A program made the translations under genes and the position numbers. Source: Longimicrobiales bacterium (lineage in GTDB: Bacteria; Gemmatimonadota; Gemmatimonadetes; Longimicrobiales; Gaopeijiaceae). From it: a stretch of 64,000 nt of DNA. Numbering within the stretch: position 1 is the stretch's first letter; each line of letters begins with the position of its first letter. Where the stretch lies: contig CBDFIQ010000002.1 in the NCBI GenBank assembly GCA_965248195.1, positions 1,280,001-1,344,000 on the forward strand. The letters are read 5' to 3'. The notes under the pieces are model-generated. The model did no database searches and had not been told where the DNA came from. It saw only the letters and a program-made list of their open reading frames with translations. Below, piece by piece: positions 10,233 through 17,418 of this stretch.

Positions 10233-11608
10233 GGTCAAGTCCCGATTTGTGTGTAAAAGCGGAGGAAGCTCCTCGCCTTCGGCTAGGCTGCTTGGGCGAC
10301 CTCCTGTTTCTGGAGGAGTGAGAGGTCGAGGTAACGCCGGTCGCCCCAGACGTGTGTGGTCCTGAGTGCGACGGCCGTGATGAGCCTGAGGGCGCTGGCC
10401 CGGTCCGGGAAGGCGCCGGCGGCCTTGATCCTGCGTTTGATCTCGCCGTGCAGCCGCTCGAGGCTGTTGGTGGTACGCAGCCGGGGCCAGTGCGCCTCGG
10501 GGAACGCGTAGAACTGCGTCGCTGCCCCGAAGCCCCGCTCCAGGACCTCCACGGCCTCGGGCAGCTCCTTCTTCCAGCGTGCGCCGAACTCGCCCAGGAG
10601 CTTCTTCGCCTCGGCGAGTCCGGATGTCTGGAAGATCACCGAGACCTCACGCGCCACGCGCTTGCGTAGGCGGTGGGGGACCCTCGCCCCCACATTACGC
10701 TGCAGATGGACCGTACACCTCTGACGGCGTGCCTCGGGCAGGAAGCGGCGGACCGCAGCTGCCAGGCCTGCGTGCTCATCGGCGATCACGAGCTCGACAC
10801 CGCCGAGGCCGCGGTCCTGGAGTTGCTCGAGGAGCTCCGACCAGCTCTGCTGCGACTCCTCAGCGCCCAGCGTGACGGCCAGGAGCCGTCGGTGACCCTC
10901 AGGGCCCACTGCATACGCCACGAGCGCACTCACGTTCTCGACTTTGCGGGCCCAGCGGGCGTCCAAGAACGTGGCGTCCAGGTACAGATAGGGGTGAGGC
11001 CCCTCGATCGGCGCACGGCGCAGCCCTTCCACGGCCTCGTCGAGCCGTTTTGCCACACGACTCACCGTCGAGCGCCCAACACGCTCGCCCATCAGCGCCT
11101 CGGTGACGTCGCCCATCTTGCGCTGTGACACGCCGCTCACATACGCCTCGACCATCATCTCGTCGAGCTCGGGGCTCCTGCGCTGGTAGCGGCCGATCAC
11201 GTCGGCCGGCGAACCGTTGTCCCGGCTCCGGGGCATGGCGACCTCGATCTGCCCCAGGCTCGTCAGCAGCCGCCTCAGGTATGTGCCGTTCCTATGGTCC
11301 TTCCGGCTTCCCACCCGCTCGAAGCGGCGTGCACCTACCATGGCCTTCAGCTCCTCTTCCAGCACCATCTCGAGCGTCAGCCGGATCGCGCCTTGAAACA
11401 GCTCGCGCAAATCATCGCGTAGCTCGTCTTGCGTGGCCCGACCGATCTCCACAATCTCTTGCATCGGAAGCTCCTCTCCGGTTCCGAGCCTGCTCTGCAG
11501 ACCCGGACTCCCGGGTTCATGTGACAGTGAACAACAACAGAGGAGCTTCCGTTTTTCTTTCCCTCCTGTCCAGCTTATCCGCTTTTACACAAATCTAGGG
11601 ACACTACC
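10233..11608 (-). mobile_element. IS256-family insertion sequence (~1376 bp)
   Basis: Imperfect terminal IRs GGTCAAGTCCCGATTTGTGTGTAAAAGCGGA / GGTAGTGTCCCTAGATTTGTGTAAAAGCGGA flank the transposase; no target duplication. Confidence 0.9.
10283..11464 (-). CDS. IS256-family (mutator-type) transposase
   Basis: [25 protein letters not shown] and [16 protein letters not shown] motifs. Confidence 0.95.
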   Translation of the reverse strand: MQEIVEIGRATQDELRDDLRELFQGAIRLTLEMVLEEELKAMVGARRFERVGSRKDHRNGTYLRRLLTSLGQIEVAMPRSRDNGSPADVIGRYQRRSPELDEMMVEAYVSGVSQRKMGDVTEALMGERVGRSTVSRVAKRLDEAVEGLRRAPIEGPHPYLYLDATFLDARWARKVENVSALVAYAVGPEGHRRLLAVTLGAEESQQSWSELLEQLQDRGLGGVELVIADEHAGLAAAVRRFLPEARRQRCTVHLQRNVGARVPHRLRKRVAREVSVIFQTSGLAEAKKLLGEFGARWKKELPEAVEVLERGFGAATQFYAFPEAHWPRLRTTNSLERLHGEIKRRIKAAGAFPDRASALRLITAVALRTTHVWGDRRYLDLSLLQKQEVAQAA

Positions 11609-11646
11609 ATCACTAGAGGGAAGCGGGACGGAGGGGCCAGAACTGA

Positions 11647-11865
11647 CTAATGCGCTGACCCGATCCGGGCGAGCACTGCCCGGTACAAGCTACGACATTT
11701 CGATCCGGCGAAAGAGACGAGTGCGATCGTCAGGAGCACGGGCCAAAACAGGCCCATTAGCACAGCCGACTCGATGTTGTCTTTCTGGCCCTTGCCAATG
11801 ACAGCCATCGTGAGGAACACGAGCCAGGAAATCGCCGGGTAGATCCAATACGCCCAAGGGGGCAT
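11647..11865 (-). CDS. Small hypothetical membrane protein (island relic)
   Basis: 72 aa with two hydrophobic segments; no family recognised. Confidence 0.35.
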   Translation of the reverse strand: MPPWAYWIYPAISWLVFLTMAVIGKGQKDNIESAVLMGLFWPVLLTIALVSFAGSKCRSLYRAVLARIGSAH

Positions 11866-12027
11866 CCGTCCACAAGGCTCCGGTGTAAGATTCCGCGCCA
11901 GGGTTTTGAATCGCCACTCAGCCCCAGGCCGTTGTCCACTGGCATTGATCCGAACGTGCGGTCCTCACGGGCGAGGGGCAAGAGTGCGGGACGGCCATCG
12001 CGGTTCCTCCGATCGTAGGGAAGGGGG

Positions 12028-12049
12028 GTGTTACCCGGAGTGTTACCCG
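12028..12049 (+). repeat. Tandem GTGTTACCCG x2, probable integrase arm-type sites
   Basis: Exact 10-bp repeat at 12028 and 12040, about 115 bp before a tRNA 3' fragment. Confidence 0.5.
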
Positions 12050-12164
12050 ACAAGGCGGAACTAAGGGGACTCAGACGGAAACCCACGGAATGGGCAGCCC
12101 CCGAAACTCCACGTAATACGGACGCTTCAGGACTTACGCGGACGTAGCGGGAAAGCTCCAATCC

Positions 12165-12378
12165 GTCTTGAAAACTGGCGGGCGTAAGCCCACGCGGGTT
12201 CGAGCCGAGCGGTCAGAATCGCTTACCGCGTTAGCGGGCGAGGGGGTTTCCCGCGAGCCGACCGAGGATCGCCGCGAAGCGCCAACCGGAGCTCAGCCGA
12301 GGAGCGGCACATCCTCGAAGAGCTTCAGGTGGACCGACGAGCCCACCGACCGGAGGGAGGTGAATCCCGCCCCCTCTG
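12165..12378 (+). pseudogene. 3' half of tRNA-Ser(UGA) (att-site relic) with a 160-bp insertion in the T-loop
   Basis: GTCTTGAAAACTGG (anticodon loop and 3' stem), variable arm GGGCGTAAGCCC, then GCGGGTTCGA [12204-12363] ATCCCGC-CCCCTCTG; no D-arm or 5' acceptor strand upstream. Confidence 0.75.
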
Positions 12379-12569
12379 TCTAGCCCATCGCCAAGCCGGC
12401 CCGTGGGAGGGCAAGCGAGCTGGTGAAGCTGGCCGAGGAGTTGGAGGAGTCGTAACCTTCCGCGGTACCCAGAAAATAGAGAGAGGCTCAGGGGAGCCGA
12501 TGAAGCTGGCCGAGGAATTGCAGGGGTAGTGGAGGGGCTTGGAAGGCGCCAACAACCAGGAGGGGGCTA

Positions 12570-12824
12570 GTGAAACGGAACTGGACTGACTTGCGAGACG
12601 GCTTGGTGTGGGAGATCGAGGCCATTCCGGTACAGCCGCAGCCGGGTGACGGCGAACCTTTCCCGACAAATGGTGAAACGGCATATACCCTACGGTTTTC
12701 TTCGCAGGGTGGTGGAGTCCATCGCTTGGTCGTGGACCCTGACGTGGGGTCTCGGTTGGGCGAGCTTTCCGACGCGGAATTGGCTGGGTATCTGGACGAA
12801 GCCAGCAGCGGGGGACAACTATAG
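12570..12824 (+). CDS. Hypothetical protein (84 aa)
   Basis: Strong RBS (AGGAGGGGG) before GTG; protein-like composition. Confidence 0.6.
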   Translation: MKRNWTDLRDGLVWEIEAIPVQPQPGDGEPFPTNGETAYTLRFSSQGGGVHRLVVDPDVGSRLGELSDAELAGYLDEASSGGQL

Positions 12825-12938
12825 TCTCCCATCCCTGGCAACGTTCTGGCGTCGGCCCTGCATCTTGACGCCCAGGGACGAATTGCCTCTTTTGGCCCGA
12901 CCCCCAATCGTGCTCCTCCGCTCGACGGTGAGTGTCCA

Positions 12939-14285
12939 GTGATCACTGAAAGCATTCTCATTGCCCTGGCGGGCCTACTTGCCGTGGTCGCTCTCCTGTT
13001 TCTGGCGATCACCCTCTACAAGTGGCACGTGTTTATCGCGCTCCTTGTACCGATCCTCCTGTTTGCGCTCCTGCCCGGGGTGGACCGGGAGGTGTTCATC
13101 ACCGCCTTCGAGGAGGGCTTCGGACGTACAATCCAGAGCATCGCCGTGATCATCGTCCTCGGCTCGATACTGGGGGAGGCGCTTAGACACACCGGTGCCG
13201 TGGAGAAGATCACGGCGACCATGATTCGCTGGGTGGGCGAGAAGCGCATGCCTCTCGCGCTGACGCTCAGTGGTTTCGTGATCGGGGTCGCCATCTTCTC
13301 GGATGTGGGCTACGTGATCCTGAACCCACTCGTGCACTCCGCGGCGTTACAGACCGGTCTGAATATGAGCGTCATGTCCACCGGACTCGTGGGTGCCATG
13401 CAGCTCACGCATGCCATGGTTCCCCCGACGCCCGGGCCGCTCGCGGCTGTCGCCCTTGTGGGGGCGGACCTCCCCACGGTAATCCTCTTCGGCTCGATCG
13501 CCTGTCTCGTGGGGGCGCTCGCGGGTTGGGGGTTCGCGCTCCTGGCTGGGCCGCACATCGAGTCCCCGCCATCGGACGAATTCGTGGGTCAGTCCTTCGT
13601 CGACCAAGGTCGAGAATCGGAGCTCCCTTCGACCTGGAGAGCCTACGCACCAATCCTGATCCCGCTCGCACTGATCGGAGGGCAGGGCGTCGCGGCTCTC
13701 ACCCTCCCTGCCGAGCACCTCGTGAACGCCGCCCTGCTCTACCTGGGCTGGCCGGTCGTGGCTCTCGGCATCGGCGTGTTATTGGCGTATCGAAACACCA
13801 AGCCCGAACACTCCGAGGCTCGGACCGCCACGTGGGTAGAGGACGGGCTTCGCGCTTCGGCAATGATCATCATGGTGACTGGGCTGGGTGGGTCGCTGAG
13901 CCAGATCCTCCGTGGGACTCCTGCCGTGGATGCGATCGCCAACGCTGTGGCCTTTACGGGGCTTCCGCCGATCTTCCTCCCGTTTGTGTTAGGGATCGTT
14001 GGAAACATCATCACCGGATCGACTACGGTCGGCGTGATTACAGCGGCCTCCATCGCCGCACCCATGATGGATACACTGGGGCTGTCCCCAGAAGCGACGA
14101 TGCTCGCGGGCGCGGCGGGCTCGATCATCATCAAATACGTAAACTCGAGCTACTTCTGGGTGTGCGCCTCTCTTTCCCGGATGCCGCTGAGATCTGCGCT
14201 GCTCTCCTATGGAGGGGTCACGTTCGTCAACGGCGTATTCGCTATGGCAGCGGTCTACTTCATGTGGGTGATTGGCTGGGTCTGA
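12939..14285 (+). CDS. GntP-family permease (gluconate/organic acid:H+ symporter)
   Basis: Multi-TM; THAMVPPTPGPLA, GSTTVG and VNSSYFW motifs. Confidence 0.88.
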   Translation: MITESILIALAGLLAVVALLFLAITLYKWHVFIALLVPILLFALLPGVDREVFITAFEEGFGRTIQSIAVIIVLGSILGEALRHTGAVEKITATMIRWVGEKRMPLALTLSGFVIGVAIFSDVGYVILNPLVHSAALQTGLNMSVMSTGLVGAMQLTHAMVPPTPGPLAAVALVGADLPTVILFGSIACLVGALAGWGFALLAGPHIESPPSDEFVGQSFVDQGRESELPSTWRAYAPILIPLALIGGQGVAALTLPAEHLVNAALLYLGWPVVALGIGVLLAYRNTKPEHSEARTATWVEDGLRASAMIIMVTGLGGSLSQILRGTPAVDAIANAVAFTGLPPIFLPFVLGIVGNIITGSTTVGVITAASIAAPMMDTLGLSPEATMLAGAAGSIIIKYVNSSYFWVCASLSRMPLRSALLSYGGVTFVNGVFAMAAVYFMWVIGWV

Positions 14286-14335
14286 TCGCTCGGCAGGCTC
14301 GGTCGCGCCCTCAAGTCCGCTGAAAGGAGCCGGGT

Positions 14336-15214
14336 ATCAAACAACGCTCATGCGCAGTGATCATCGCCCTCGCTCTATTGAGTGCCTGTGGTGGAGGGTC
14401 CGACGCCGATCTCTCGGGCCAACCCGCAGGATGCCCGAGCGATGAAGACGTGGAGAGCTTTCTTGCCGATTGGCGGGCGGCTCGTCCAACGCAGCCGCTG
14501 GCCGGTGAGGGTACGATCGAGGATGCGCTCTGCGCTCAGCAGAAGATCCTTCAGCGCTTGGAGCCGAGTCTCGGTGCACCCGTTGGGTTTAAGGCGGGTC
14601 TCACGAGTGCGGCTGCACAGGAACGGTTCGGCGTGGAAGACCCCGTGCGCGGAGTACTCCTCGAGGGGATGTTACTCCAAGACGGAGCAAGCGTACCGGC
14701 CACTTTTGGAGCGCAGCCCCTCTACGAGGCGGACTTGCTCGTCGTCGTAGCCGACGAGGGTGTCAACGACGCCCAGAGCCCGGAAGAGGTTTTGAGCCAT
14801 CTCTCCGGAGTCATTCCGTTCATCGAACTGCCAGACCTGGCCGTTGTTGGGGGAGTGGCGGCTCTGAATGGACCGGCACTGACGGCCATCAATGTCGCTG
14901 CACGCTTGGGAGTCGTGGGTGAGACCATCGCCGTAGAGCACTCACCCGAGTTTTTGCAAGCTCTAGCAGATATGACAGTGCGTGTCTTCGACCAGAATGG
15001 CGACGAGCTCGCGACGGCTCAGGGAAGCGCGGTCCTCGGTCATCCTCTAAATGCCGTCTTGTGGCTGGTGGAGAGCGGAGTCCGCCTTGGCGCAGGTGAC
15101 TACGTGAGCGTCGGGTCGATCGGACCCCTGTTGACTCCGGAGCCCGGACAGCGGATCTCAGTGACCTACGAGGGACTGCCAGGGAATCCAACGGTATCGG
15201 TCGAGTTCCGATAG
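14336..15214 (+). CDS. FAH-superfamily (2-keto-4-pentenoate hydratase-like) lipoprotein
   Basis: GFKAGLTS, YEADL, PFIELPD and VLGHPLNAV motifs; lipobox LSAC. The start is either GTG 14357 or an in-frame ATC at 14336 placed 6 nt after AAGGAG. Confidence 0.8.
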   Translation: MKQRSCAVIIALALLSACGGGSDADLSGQPAGCPSDEDVESFLADWRAARPTQPLAGEGTIEDALCAQQKILQRLEPSLGAPVGFKAGLTSAAAQERFGVEDPVRGVLLEGMLLQDGASVPATFGAQPLYEADLLVVVADEGVNDAQSPEEVLSHLSGVIPFIELPDLAVVGGVAALNGPALTAINVAARLGVVGETIAVEHSPEFLQALADMTVRVFDQNGDELATAQGSAVLGHPLNAVLWLVESGVRLGAGDYVSVGSIGPLLTPEPGQRISVTYEGLPGNPTVSVEFR

Positions 15215-15245
15215 GGAACCGAGAACCGACGACGCCCTCTGGCGC

Positions 15246-15275
15246 TTGCACGTCACCCGAGCCCGGCGATAGAAT
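15246..15275 (+). promoter_or_regulatory. Candidate sigma70 promoter TTGCAC-N18-TAGAAT
   Basis: Near-consensus hexamers upstream of the response regulator. Confidence 0.4.
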
Positions 15276-15344
15276 CAGCGTGTAGATCGGCACCAAAACA
15301 CCCAGCCGTCCCCCCCCCGGCGGCAATTGGAGGCTGCACGAGTC

Positions 15345-15794
15345 ATGGCCGAATCGAGCGAGCCGTTCATCCTTGTTGTCGAGGACGACCCTGGCGACTC
15401 CGCTCTCATCCGGGCGGCGTTCGAGAAGAGCCTGAACCATGCGAAGCTTCATTTCGTGCTCAGTGGCTGGGAGGCTCGGGCCTACCTCGCTAGGGAGTCG
15501 CCGTACCACGACTGGGACCGGTGTCCAGCTCCGTCGCTCGTCGTCCTAGACCTCGGGCTGCCTGACATGAACGGGATTGAGATTCTCGAGTGGATGGCCG
15601 AGTGGGAGTGGCTATCCAAGATCCCGGTGATCGTGTTCACGGCCTCTGAAGACCCGGAGCACGAACGAAGCGCCTACGCTTTGGGCGTGCGCCGCTACAT
15701 GCGAAAGCCCGAGGACTACGGCGCGCTGGTGGAGGCGGTCAAAGAGGAGCTGCGCCCGCGGACCGACAGGGAGCAACGTGAGGCTGGCGCCTGA
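15345..15794 (+). CDS. Stand-alone response regulator (Rcp1-like receiver)
   Basis: ILVVEDD, LDLGLPDMNG, IPVIVFTAS and YMRKP motifs. Confidence 0.9.
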   Translation: MAESSEPFILVVEDDPGDSALIRAAFEKSLNHAKLHFVLSGWEARAYLARESPYHDWDRCPAPSLVVLDLGLPDMNGIEILEWMAEWEWLSKIPVIVFTASEDPEHERSAYALGVRRYMRKPEDYGALVEAVKEELRPRTDREQREAGA

Positions 15795-15930
15795 TTCTCG
15801 CCACCACCCATAGGTAGGTCCCACCCCCTCCGCCGTCGAGGGTCAGTTTGTGCGAACCCACTAGGAGGGTAGCTTCCAGCCGAACGTTCGAATATCGGAG
15901 CGCCTCCGATTCGGGACAGAGGGAGCGATC

Positions 15931-17382
15931 ATGAAATCATGGCGTGGCTTGACCGTAATCTTCTTGTTGGTCTCGGCGTCCCCGTTGGCCGGCCAGATAC
16001 CGGTTGGAGAGTACGCCGTGCGCCGCACCGCACTCGCTTCCCGTATCGGTGATGGAGTAGTGGTCGCCTTTGGAGGTCGGGAACCGGTCCGCCACTGGCC
16101 GCCCTTCTATCAGCTGCCCGCCTTTCGCTACCTCACCGGGTTCCTCGAATCCGACGCCGCCTTCGTCTTGGCCACCAGAGGCGGGGACGTGGTGTCGACA
16201 CTCTTTCTCGCACGCCCGGATGCGCGTACGGCTCTTTTTAACGGTGAGCGGGTGACCGCAGATGAGGTGAGTCGGACCTTGGGACTTTCTGCCCGCTACG
16301 CCGACGAGCTGCCGGCCTTTGTCGACTCTCTCCTAGCGACCGGGCTTCGCCTTTATTCGGTGGCCGATTTCCAGTCGAACGAGTACAGCACCAGCGACTC
16401 CTTGACGGCGGGACGGGCATTCATCCGTAGAGTACGAGCCAGGCGACCGGGCCTACGAGCGGGGGAGATCAACCAGCGGGTCGACGAGCTGCGGGCTAAA
16501 AAGAGCGAGGCGGAAGTGTCACTCCTCAGGACCGCGGTCGAGATCTCCTCCAGGGCCCATGAGGCGGCGATGCGTGCCATTCGCCCGGGAATTCGGGAGA
16601 ACGAGATCCAGGCTGTGATGGAGGCCGAGTATCGCAAGCTGGGCGCCGATTCTCCCGGGTATTCGTCGATCGTCGGATCAGGGCCCAACTCGACCGTGCT
16701 CCACTATCCGGCGGGCACGCGTGAAGCGATGTCGGGCGAAGTTGTTCTCATGGATGTCTCGGCCTACTACCACGGGTACACCGCCGACATCACGCGTACC
16801 GTCCCCGTCGATCCCAGGTTTTCGCCCGAGCAGCGAGACGTCTACGAGATCGTGCTGGAGGCCCAGAAGGCCGCGGAGGCTGAGATCGGGCCGGGCGTTT
16901 CAGGCGGAGTACCCACCGCAGCAGCGAATGCGGTGCTTTGGGCCGGGCTCGAGCGACTCGGCCTTATCGAATCGGCTGACGCCACCTTCGACCCACCCCC
17001 TGGGCTGTGCCCAGGCGCAAGCGGGTCGTGTCCGCAGTGGTACCTCTACGTCTACCACGGGTTCTTCCATGGCATCGGACTCGATGTCCATGACCCCACG
17101 CACTTCGGTGACGTTGCGCCGTACCGCTACCAACCGGGCGACGTATTCACGATCGAGCCCGGTATCTATGTACGTGAGAACGTCTTCGACGGACTGCCCG
17201 ATACGGATCGGAATCGTAGGCTTATCGAACGTACGAGGGATGCGACCCTCAAGTATCGGAATATCGGCGTGCGTATCGAAGACAACTACGTCCTCACGCC
17301 CGAGGGGCTTGTGCGTCTATCGGACGCGCCACGCGAGATCGCGGACATCGAGGCTTTACGCGCGAGGCCGATTTCGCAGTAG
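15931..17382 (+). CDS. Xaa-Pro aminopeptidase (M24B), secreted
   Basis: Signal peptide; GYTADITRT, HGIGLDVHD, TIEPGIY and GVRIED motifs. Confidence 0.92.
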   Translation: MKSWRGLTVIFLLVSASPLAGQIPVGEYAVRRTALASRIGDGVVVAFGGREPVRHWPPFYQLPAFRYLTGFLESDAAFVLATRGGDVVSTLFLARPDARTALFNGERVTADEVSRTLGLSARYADELPAFVDSLLATGLRLYSVADFQSNEYSTSDSLTAGRAFIRRVRARRPGLRAGEINQRVDELRAKKSEAEVSLLRTAVEISSRAHEAAMRAIRPGIRENEIQAVMEAEYRKLGADSPGYSSIVGSGPNSTVLHYPAGTREAMSGEVVLMDVSAYYHGYTADITRTVPVDPRFSPEQRDVYEIVLEAQKAAEAEIGPGVSGGVPTAAANAVLWAGLERLGLIESADATFDPPPGLCPGASGSCPQWYLYVYHGFFHGIGLDVHDPTHFGDVAPYRYQPGDVFTIEPGIYVRENVFDGLPDTDRNRRLIERTRDATLKYRNIGVRIEDNYVLTPEGLVRLSDAPREIADIEALRARPISQ

Positions 17383-17418
17383 GAATCGGCCAGATCACTT
17401 GATGGCAAAGGTCGCGAG

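Noticed and set aside
12424..12524. Possible CRISPR mini-array
   Set aside because: Only two short units, not palindromic, and no cas genes in the window.
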